DNA of 64,000 nt from Acidovorax sp. (GTDB lineage: Bacteria > Pseudomonadota > Gammaproteobacteria > Burkholderiales > Burkholderiaceae_C), in the NCBI RefSeq assembly GCF_046291265.1, contig NZ_JBKBTV010000010.1, positions 19,199-83,198 of the forward strand, read 5' to 3'. Made by a program: the position numbers and the translations under genes. The notes below the pieces were generated by a model. The model saw only the letters and a program-made list of their open reading frames with translations. It was not told the origin of the DNA and did not search any database. Each line of letters opens with the position of its first letter. Position 1 is the first letter of the stretch. This document shows positions 57,403 to 64,000 of this stretch, in pieces.

Positions 57403-58887
57403 ATGAACTTGCCCGCCGAAAGCGACCCCACCACCGGCCCCGTCGGCTTGGCCTGGAACCACGGATTTTCCGCCTTGGGCCCGGATTTCTTTACCGAGCT
57501 ACGCCCGACCCCGCTGCCGTCTCCGCATTGGGTGGGCACCAGCAGCGACGTAGCAAAGCTGTTGGGTCTGGACGAATCCTGGTTGCACAGTGACGAGGCG
57601 TTGCAGGCGTTTACCGGTAACACGTTGCTCCCAGGCGCTCGACCGCTGGCCAGTGTCTACAGCGGCCACCAGTTTGGTGTGTGGGCAGGCCAGTTGGGTG
57701 ATGGGCGGGCCATCCTCCTGGGCGAGACGGAAGGTGGCTTGGAGATTCAACTCAAGGGAGCTGGTCGCACACCCTATTCCCGGGGCGGCGACGGGCGCGC
57801 GGTGCTGCGCTCCAGCATCCGCGAATTTTTGTGCAGCGAGGCCATGCAGGGGCTGGGCATTCCGACATCACGGGCTCTGTGCATCACCGGCTCACCCGCG
57901 CATGTGCGGCGCGAGGAGATCGAGACAGCCGCCGTGGTCACACGGGTCGCGCCGAGTTTTGTGCGCTTTGGTAACTTCGAACATTTTTCCGCCAACGACC
58001 AAGAACCACAACTGCAGACACTGGCCGACTACGTCATCGACCGGTACTACCCGGAATGCCGGTCCGCCAGCACTTTGGGCGGCAACCCCTACGCCGCCCT
58101 GTTGCAGGCCGTGAGCGAGCGCACCGCCAATCTGATGGCCCAGTGGCAAGCAGTGGGCTTTTGCCACGGGGTGATGAACACCGACAACATGAGCATTCTG
58201 GGCCTGACGATTGACTACGGCCCCTTTCAGTTTCTCGATGCATTTGTACCCGGCCACGTGTGCAACCACAGCGACACTCAGGGCCGATACGCCTACAACC
58301 GCCAGCCGAATGTTGCGTACTGGAACCTGTTCTGTCTGGCCCAGGCCTTGCTGCCGCTGATAAAGGACCAGGAGATTGCCAAGGAAGCCCTGGAGTCCTA
58401 CAAGACCGTGTTCCCAGCAGCGTTCATGGCCCGCATGCGCAGCAAACTTGGGCTGCTCCAGTCGCGCGCAGAAGACGCCGAGTTGATAGACGGCATCCTG
58501 CTGCTGCTGGCCCAGAACGGTGTGGACTACACCATCTTCTGGCGCCGCCTTTCGCAGGCTGTGCAAAGCAACCACTTCGAGCCGGTGCGTGACCTGTTTG
58601 CCGACCGCGCAGGCTTTGACCAGTGGTTGCTATCATATTCAGAGCTAATAGCGCTTGATGATAAAGCGCTAGCGGCCAATTTGATGCTAAAAACTAATCC
58701 CAAATTTGTGTTGCGCAATCATCTGGGCGAGCAGGCCATCCAGGCTGCGAAACTTGGCGACTTCAGCGAACTCCAAACCCTTCAGCGGCTGCTGGAGCAC
58801 CCCTTTGACGAGCACCCGGGGCACGACACCTACGCAGCCTTCCCGCCCGAATGGGCTTCTTCCATCGAGATCAGCTGTTCATCATGA
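57403..58887 (+). CDS. selO: protein adenylyltransferase SelO (YdiU)
   Basis: This is the inner ATG 57403 of track ORF 57247..58887. Motifs are [18 protein letters not shown] and [23 protein letters not shown], with the C-terminal ...EISCSS. An in-frame repeat copy lies at 58628-58697. Confidence 0.9.
   Translation: MNLPAESDPTTGPVGLAWNHGFSALGPDFFTELRPTPLPSPHWVGTSSDVAKLLGLDESWLHSDEALQAFTGNTLLPGARPLASVYSGHQFGVWAGQLGDGRAILLGETEGGLEIQLKGAGRTPYSRGGDGRAVLRSSIREFLCSEAMQGLGIPTSRALCITGSPAHVRREEIETAAVVTRVAPSFVRFGNFEHFSANDQEPQLQTLADYVIDRYYPECRSASTLGGNPYAALLQAVSERTANLMAQWQAVGFCHGVMNTDNMSILGLTIDYGPFQFLDAFVPGHVCNHSDTQGRYAYNRQPNVAYWNLFCLAQALLPLIKDQEIAKEALESYKTVFPAAFMARMRSKLGLLQSRAEDAELIDGILLLLAQNGVDYTIFWRRLSQAVQSNHFEPVRDLFADRAGFDQWLLSYSELIALDDKALAANLMLKTNPKFVLRNHLGEQAIQAAKLGDFSELQTLQRLLEHPFDEHPGHDTYAAFPPEWASSIEISCSS
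58628..58697 (+). repeat. copy G of repeat family 1, inside the selO CDS
   Basis: The sequence tgctatcatattcagagctaatagcgcttgatgataaagcgctagcggccaatttgatgctaaaaactaa closely matches copy D at 39256. It is translated as [24 protein letters not shown] with A/T-ending codons. Confidence 0.85.
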
Positions 58888-59297
58888 CCTACCCTGTCCA
58901 GAAGACCGATGCCGAATGGCAAGCCATCCTGCGCGAAAAAGGCGCTGAACCGGCGGCCCTGCAGGTCACTCGCCATGCCGCCACCGAGCGGCCGTTCACC
59001 GGAAAATTCGAAGCCCACTGGGCCGACGGCAGTTACCACTGCGTCTGCTGCGGGGCCAAATTGTTTGATTCCGTCACCAAATTTGACGCGGGCTGTGGTT
59101 GGCCCAGTTTCTCCGAAGCCATCCCCGGCGCCATCACCGACATCGTGGACCGCAGCCATGGCATGGTCCGCACCGAGACGGTGTGTGCACAATGCGGGGC
59201 TCATCTGGGTCATGTCTTTGAAGATGGCCCCACGCCCACCGGCCTGCGCTATTGCATGAACTCGGCATCGCTGGACTTCGAGTCCGATGCAAGTTGA
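58884..59297 (+). CDS. msrB: peptide-methionine (R)-S-oxide reductase MsrB
   Basis: This is the inner ATG 58884 ([13 protein letters not shown]...). Its ATG overlaps the selO TGA (ATGA at 58884-58887). The Zn CxxC pairs are CVCCGAKLF and [12 protein letters not shown], and the catalytic motif is RYCMNS. Confidence 0.9.
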   Translation: MTYPVQKTDAEWQAILREKGAEPAALQVTRHAATERPFTGKFEAHWADGSYHCVCCGAKLFDSVTKFDAGCGWPSFSEAIPGAITDIVDRSHGMVRTETVCAQCGAHLGHVFEDGPTPTGLRYCMNSASLDFESDAS

Positions 59298-59321
59298 TAG
59301 CCGGGACTCTTTTCTCACTCC

Positions 59322-59861
59322 ATGAAAATTCTGATCGACTTCTTCCCCATCCTGCTGTTCTTTGGGGCGTACAAGTTTTACGGCATCTATGTGGGCACGG
59401 CAGTGCTCATGGCAGCCACAGTGGTGCAGATGGGCCTCATCTACGCCATCGACCGGCGCCTGCAGACGATGCACAAAGTCACTTTGGTGCTGATCCTGTT
59501 ATTTGGCACGCTCACCCTGGTGCTGCAGGACGATCGGTTCATCAAGTGGAAGCCAACCGTGTTGTACGGCGCGATGTCAGTGGCGCTGGCGGTGGCGCTG
59601 TGGGCGATGAAGAAAAACTTCCTCAAGATGCTTCTGGGTAGCCAACTGGAGCTTCCGGACGCGGTGTGGCTGCGCCTGAACGTGGCCTGGATTGCGTATT
59701 GCGCCTTCATGTCCGCGCTCAACGCCTATGTCGTCATGAACTTCAGCACCGAGGCCTGGGTGGACTTCAAGCTTTGGGGGTATGCGTTCCCGCTGGTGTT
59801 CCTGGTTGCCCAGGGGATCTACATAGCACCACACCTCAAAAGTGACGAGCCTGCCGCATGA
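59322..59861 (+). CDS. yciB: septation protein A / inner-membrane protein YciB
   Basis: ORF track, 179 aa. The N-terminus is [23 protein letters not shown]... Confidence 0.9.
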   Translation: MKILIDFFPILLFFGAYKFYGIYVGTAVLMAATVVQMGLIYAIDRRLQTMHKVTLVLILLFGTLTLVLQDDRFIKWKPTVLYGAMSVALAVALWAMKKNFLKMLLGSQLELPDAVWLRLNVAWIAYCAFMSALNAYVVMNFSTEAWVDFKLWGYAFPLVFLVAQGIYIAPHLKSDEPAA

Positions 59862-60133
59862 ACGAGCTGCCCATGACCGATCTTGCACAGCGCATGCACG
59901 ACACGTTGACCATTCGGCTGAACCCCAACCACGTGGAGGTGCTGGATGAAAGTGCCGCCCATGCGGGCCATGTCGGCGCGAACGGCACTGGATTTGGCAC
60001 CCATTTCCGGGTACGCATTTCGTCACCTTTGTTTACCGGCCAGTCAAGGGTCGCACGGCATCGTCTTGTGTATGATGCGCTGCAAGAATTTATTGACCAA
60101 GGCGTCCACGCCCTCGCCATTGAAGTTCTCTGA
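59858..60133 (+). CDS. BolA family protein
   Basis: ORF track, 91 aa. It overlaps the yciB stop by 4 nt. The BolA core is [13 protein letters not shown]...[24 protein letters not shown]. Confidence 0.85.
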   Translation: MNELPMTDLAQRMHDTLTIRLNPNHVEVLDESAAHAGHVGANGTGFGTHFRVRISSPLFTGQSRVARHRLVYDALQEFIDQGVHALAIEVL

Positions 60134-60200
60134 ACCGGCCCCCATGTCCTTCTTTGCCGGATCTCAGCTGGCACCAACCCCCTCATTTTTTGGATTTCGC

Positions 60201-60986
60201 ATGAAGAAACAGCTCCTGTCCGGCCTCGTGGCCGCCGCCGTGCTGGGCACGATGGCCCTCCCCGTTTCCGCCCAGAACCTCGCCATCGTGAATGGCAAGG
60301 CCGTGCCCAAAGAGCGCGCTGAAGTGCTCAAGAAGCAACTGGAGCGGTCAGGCCGTCCTGTGACGCCTGAAATGGAAGGCCAGATCAAAGAAGAAGTCAT
60401 CGCACGCGAAATCTTGATGCAAGAGGCGCAGAAACGCGGCCTGGAAGCTAGTGCCGACTACAAGGCACAAATGGAACTGGCACGCCAGGGCATCCTGATT
60501 CAGGAATTGCGCGTTGACTTCCAAAAGAAGAACCCTGTAACAGACGCCGAGATCAAAGCCGAATACGACAAATTTGTAGCTGCCAACGGCGGCAAGGAAT
60601 ACAAGGCCAGCCACATCCTGGTGGAGAACGAAGACGAGGCCAAGGCCATCATCGCTTCCATTAGCAAGGGCGCCAAGTTTGAAGACATCGCCAAGAAGCA
60701 GTCGAAAGACCCAGGCTCCGGTGCCAAGGGTGGTGACTTGGACTGGGCAGCCCCTGCCAACTACGTAAGCGAATTCACCGAAGCCATGGTGAAGCTCGAA
60801 AAAGGCAAGATGACCGAAACCCCGGTGAAAAGCCAGTTTGGTTACCACATCATCCGCCTGGACGATGTGCGGCAGGCCGAATTGCCCAAGCTGGACGACG
60901 TCAAGCCCCAAGTGGCAGAGCAACTGCAACAGCAAAAGCTGGTGAAGTTCCAGGAAGGTCTGCGCGCCAAAGCGAAGATCCAATAA
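60201..60986 (+). CDS. periplasmic parvulin-type peptidyl-prolyl cis-trans isomerase
   Basis: This is the inner ATG 60201 (MKKQLLSGLVAAAVLGTMALPVSAQ, a signal peptide). The PpiC domain contains YKASHILVENEDEAKAI and FGYHIIRLDD. Confidence 0.85.
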   Translation: MKKQLLSGLVAAAVLGTMALPVSAQNLAIVNGKAVPKERAEVLKKQLERSGRPVTPEMEGQIKEEVIAREILMQEAQKRGLEASADYKAQMELARQGILIQELRVDFQKKNPVTDAEIKAEYDKFVAANGGKEYKASHILVENEDEAKAIIASISKGAKFEDIAKKQSKDPGSGAKGGDLDWAAPANYVSEFTEAMVKLEKGKMTETPVKSQFGYHIIRLDDVRQAELPKLDDVKPQVAEQLQQQKLVKFQEGLRAKAKIQ

Positions 60987-61023
60987 GTCAGTCTGATGAA
61001 GGCCTCGATGTGAGGTCACAAGG

Positions 61024-61049
61024 AAAACGCGGCCAAGGCCGCGTTTTTT
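61024..61049. terminator. bidirectional intrinsic terminator
   Basis: The sequence aaaacgcggcc aa ggccgcgtttttt forms a GC stem flanked by an A-run and a T-run. It lies between convergent genes (the PPIase ends at 60986, DUF1624 ends at 61087). Confidence 0.85.
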
Positions 61050-61086
61050 ATGGACCGGCCAACCCCGCAGGTTATTCAGCCGCGCC

Positions 61087-61917
61087 TCAGCGCACCACCC
61101 AGACCACCAACATCAGCAGTCCGATCATTACCGGCTGGTGGAGCATGTAGTAGCTCAGGCTCCAACGGCCCAGTATTCCCAATGGTTTCAAAAACCGTGG
61201 CATGGACACCGACATCCAATGGTTGCGACGGCCCAACGTCCACTGGCCCAACGCCAAGCCCCACCACAACATACCCAGCCACGGCAGCACGGGCACGTAG
61301 TCTTCAGTGAAGGGTTTGCGTGACACCAACCCCAGCCAGTTGAGCGCGCGGCTATTGAACAAGGGCGCGACGTCGCCCCAGGCTGATGTCAAAAGATGTT
61401 GGGCCAGAGGCGGCAGAGCCAAGGCGATCAACCCTGCCAACCACAGCCAGGTGCCCCAACCAACGGTGCACCTTGCGATGAGCAGCATGACCGCCATGCC
61501 GTGCAGCACGCCAAAGTGAATAAAACTCTGGGGAAACATGGCGAACGAGCCTGCGCTGACCAGCAAGGCGCAGCCCACAATCTGCGCCCACCGTCGACCA
61601 AATCGGTGCCAGCCTTGCCCCTGGTGCAGAGCAATCGCCTGCCCCAGGCCCGCGCAAAACAGAAACAGACTGACGATGACCGTCCGCTGCATCGTCCAGA
61701 ACGGATCCACACGAAAATTCTGAGGCCAGAAGCCAAAGTGGCTAAGGTCGAAGCAGAAATGGAATACGGTCATCCACACCATGGCCAGCCCACGCAATGT
61801 GTCCACCGACTCATAGCGGCCGGAGCGATGGGACACGCCATCGCGTGATGGCAAGGACGACACGGGAGATGAAATGGACGATGGGGCGCTCATTGACGGA
61901 CCAGTCAGAATGACCAT
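61087..61917 (-). CDS. DUF1624 / heparan-alpha-glucosaminide N-acetyltransferase-like membrane protein
   Basis: Track ORF 61087..62040 would run into the tRNA gene. The likely starts are ATG 61917 or 61893. The motif is VDTLRGLAMVWMTVFHFCFD, and the protein is polytopic. Confidence 0.65.
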   Translation of the reverse strand: MVILTGPSMSAPSSISSPVSSLPSRDGVSHRSGRYESVDTLRGLAMVWMTVFHFCFDLSHFGFWPQNFRVDPFWTMQRTVIVSLFLFCAGLGQAIALHQGQGWHRFGRRWAQIVGCALLVSAGSFAMFPQSFIHFGVLHGMAVMLLIARCTVGWGTWLWLAGLIALALPPLAQHLLTSAWGDVAPLFNSRALNWLGLVSRKPFTEDYVPVLPWLGMLWWGLALGQWTLGRRNHWMSVSMPRFLKPLGILGRWSLSYYMLHQPVMIGLLMLVVWVVR

Positions 61918-62040
61918 CGGGTTTTGTTTGGCCCGAAGCGACAGACGCATCGTACGAAAGTCTAGTGCCCCTCGCGGGCGCATATCGCATGCGGACAAGA
62001 AAAAAGGCCCTGCAGCATTTGCTGCAAGGCCTTCAAACAT

Positions 62041-62117
62041 TGGTCGGAGCGGCGGGATTCGAACTCGCGACCCTCTGCTCCCAAAGCAGATGCGCTACCA
62101 GGCTGCGCTACGCTCCG
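62041..62117 (-). tRNA. tRNA-Pro (anticodon UGG)
   Basis: The minus strand reads CGGAGCG TA GCGC AGCCTGGTA GCGC A TCTGC TTTGGGA GCAGA GGGTC GCGAG TTCGAAT CCCGC CGCTCCG A CCA. This folds as a cloverleaf with an encoded CCA and anticodon TGG. There is one A:C mismatch in the T stem. Confidence 0.85.
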
Positions 62118-62260
62118 ACAGCTCGTATTCTAACCCGTCAAATTTGTGTTTTTTAGCTCGATGGTCACTTTTTGAAATTTTTTTAAAGCGACCAACAAGC
62201 CGCGGGAACAGAAAGACTACGAAAACGATTCAGCCCGGCTGGCTGAACACTCAGCGTCAA

Positions 62261-62509
62261 TTAACGACTCGACGGACCAGGGCCACGGCCTGCCAGATGG
62301 CGGAAGGTAATGCGACCCTTGGACAGGTCATAAGGAGACATTTCCAAAGACACTTTGTCTCCGGCCAAGATGCGGATGTGATGCTTGCGCATCTTGCCGC
62401 CGGTGTAGGCAATCAGCTGGTGACCGTTCTCGAGCGTCACGCGAAAGCGCGAGTCGGGCAACACTTCGGTCACGGAGCCTTGCATTTCAATCAATTCTTC
62501 TTTGGCCAT
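62261..62509 (-). CDS. infA: translation initiation factor IF-1 (long-tailed paralogue)
   Basis: Track ORF is 62261..62527. ATG 62509 gives [71 protein letters not shown]... It carries about 10 extra C-terminal residues. Confidence 0.9.
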   Translation of the reverse strand: MAKEELIEMQGSVTEVLPDSRFRVTLENGHQLIAYTGGKMRKHHIRILAGDKVSLEMSPYDLSKGRITFRHLAGRGPGPSSR

Positions 62510-62740
62510 GTTCTCTTGTCTTTTCAAAAATCAAAAAATCTGATGATCAGCGCCTGAACGCTGGGGCATCCACCACGGCCAATGCAGCGTGGTCGGGCTC
62601 GACACACGGTGCGTTGCGGGCGGTGGGAGTCGCTGCACCCGGGGCGCAGATCAGGCAGAAGGCCGGGGAGACGGCTTCAATGGACAGGCTTGAGCACTGT
62701 GCATAGCCTGTTGATTGTACCGCGATGTGCCTGTTTTTAA

Positions 62741-63976
62741 CTATGGCCCGGCTTTGGCTGCTACCACAGGTGCGATTTGCCCCCTGGGAGTGCCAGACGA
62801 AACATCATCCTCACGCCCCTGGACGGTGATTGCCAGGGTGCGTACCAAATCGGTCTGCGTAATCACCCCGACCAACCGCGCCTCAGGGTCCACAATCGGT
62901 ATGTGGTGGTGCCCGCCATGCGAAAACAAGGGAACCAAGTCCATCGCATGCTGCTCCACATGGGCTGTTTGCACGGGGTGCGACATGATCTCGCCGACCG
63001 TTGCGGGTTGACCGCTGCGCCCCATGACCAGCGTGCGCAATCGCTGCCCCAGCCCTTCATGCAGGTCAAGGTTGGCCAAGCGCATGAAGTCGGCAACAGT
63101 GACGATGCCGAGGACAAGACGCTGCGCATCGACCACGGGCAGCGCCTTGATCTGTTCAGCACGCATCAGCGTCCACGCGTCTTTGAGCGAGACACCCGCC
63201 TCCACGGCAAAAGGGGGTTTAGACATGATGTCAGCGCAGCGCAAATCCCCCAATGTCCGCTGGAAAGCAGCGCGCCCCGCCAGGTGCAAAAGCCCCTCCA
63301 GGTCGGCCCGGCTCACATCCAGAACCTGGTTGTAATGCGAAAGCGCGGCATCCACATCCGAGGACGTAAACGCCCTCGCGGCGATGTCGCCACTGGCCCG
63401 CGCACGCTGCGGATGCGGATACCTGCGGCCAGTGAGACTGTTGTAGACCACCGCAGCCAGCAGCAGTATCAGCACGTTGAACAGAATGGGAAATGCCGCC
63501 AATCGCCACCCATCGCCTGCACCCAGCACCACATACAGCGCCATCGCCCCGCCCGGCGGATGCAGACAGCGCAATGGCACCATGAGCGCGATGGCCAGCC
63601 CCACCGCCAGGGCGCCCGCCAATGTGGTGTCTGGCACAAGGGCCGAGCAACCCGCCCCCACCAGCGCCGACAGCGTACTGCCACCCAGCACAGGCCAAGG
63701 TTGTGCCAACGGACTGGAAGGCATCCCGAAAACAAGCACCGCGCTGGCTCCCAGCGACGCCACCATCCAGGGGCCAGTTTCGCTCTCGCCCGCCCACCAC
63801 CGGCTGATCAAGGCCGTCAACAGCACCCCCACCACGGCGCCTGCGATAAAACGAAGCCGCTCTCGACCATCGATGCCCAGCGGAGCGGGCCAGAAATGCC
63901 GCAGCCACCCCACCAGCCTCCCAAAAAGCGACGCTGAAGGGGACGACGATGACGAAGGCGGCGATGAAAAGGGCAT
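62741..63976 (-). CDS. HPP family membrane protein fused to tandem CBS domains
   Basis: ORF track, 411 aa. The HPP motif is RCLHPPGGAMALYV. The C-terminal CBS pair contains CADIMSKPPFAVEAG... and VGEIMSHPVQTAH... Confidence 0.8.
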   Translation of the reverse strand: MPFSSPPSSSSSPSASLFGRLVGWLRHFWPAPLGIDGRERLRFIAGAVVGVLLTALISRWWAGESETGPWMVASLGASAVLVFGMPSSPLAQPWPVLGGSTLSALVGAGCSALVPDTTLAGALAVGLAIALMVPLRCLHPPGGAMALYVVLGAGDGWRLAAFPILFNVLILLLAAVVYNSLTGRRYPHPQRARASGDIAARAFTSSDVDAALSHYNQVLDVSRADLEGLLHLAGRAAFQRTLGDLRCADIMSKPPFAVEAGVSLKDAWTLMRAEQIKALPVVDAQRLVLGIVTVADFMRLANLDLHEGLGQRLRTLVMGRSGQPATVGEIMSHPVQTAHVEQHAMDLVPLFSHGGHHHIPIVDPEARLVGVITQTDLVRTLAITVQGREDDVSSGTPRGQIAPVVAAKAGP

Positions 63977-64000
63977 GGGAGATTCGAGGGGCGCAGCGGC

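Noticed and set aside
62118-62260. AT-rich spacer upstream of tRNA-Pro containing TAGAAT (62132-62127, minus strand) as a promoter. It also contains a segment (cactttttgaaat) faintly resembling the tail of repeat family 1.
   Set aside because: The -10-like hexamer is plausibly placed, but no acceptable -35 lies at 16-18 nt. The resemblance to the repeat lacks the palindromic core. Both are too weak to report as features.

Overview
This is a 64-kb chromosomal segment of a high-GC bacterium. A typical line I counted (5041-5100) has 40/60 G+C. Protein signatures and repeat types suggest a beta-proteobacterium of the Burkholderiales/Comamonadaceae type, but that is inference only. I can support 48 protein-coding genes, one tRNA-Pro(UGG), four intrinsic terminators, two interspersed repeat families and one 9-bp tandem repeat. 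I see no rRNA, CRISPR array, transposase, integrase, phage gene or recognisable defence system.

Gene content, left to right:
- 1-22 kb: secreted hydratase-like gene (partial), Fe-alcohol dehydrogenase, PAS-GGDEF-EAL protein, patatin-like lipase, a low-GC acyltransferase_3 gene, HDOD protein, Tex, TPR hybrid histidine kinase, a Cys-rich hypothetical, a KefB/C-type K+ efflux protein, DUF72, an MFS Bcr/CflA pump, two divergent GGDEF genes and a BON lipoprotein.
- 22.3-53.5 kb: 22 consecutive minus-strand genes. These are two tandem Crp/Fnr paralogues, a giant cyclic beta-1,2-glucan synthase (NdvB/Cgs type, about 2,900-2,965 aa) preceded by an 80-aa micro-ORF, Ogt, and a roughly 20-kb acyl-CoA/fatty-acid catabolic cluster. 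The cluster holds two SDRs, a GST-like protein, AidB-like and large acyl-CoA dehydrogenases, a GNAT, an MDR reductase, a PaaI thioesterase, thiolase, FadB-like enzyme, a Liv-type ABC importer and an acyl-CoA synthetase.
- 53.6-64 kb: a divergent third Crp/Fnr regulator, esterase, AraC regulator, selO-msrB, yciB-bolA-ppiC, DUF1624, tRNA-Pro, infA and HPP-CBS.

Most noteworthy signals:
1. An AT-rich, palindrome-centred repeat family of about 70 bp has 6 clear and 2 decayed copies. Two clear copies sit in-frame inside coding genes (patatin-like lipase, selO) and use two different reading frames of the element. Other copies abut start or stop codons.
2. The module micro-ORF - ndvB - Crp - Crp includes a possible SD-sequestering hairpin, a 9-bp tandem repeat carrying in-frame TAGs, and a Crp paralogue whose conserved N-terminus lies upstream of any canonical start codon.
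3. A single-gene low-GC island encodes an acyltransferase_3 protein.
4. The BON lipoprotein gene probably carries a frameshift.

I did not find convincing evidence for a complete novel multi-gene system. The items above are my best candidates, and all need database and comparative checks that I cannot run here.
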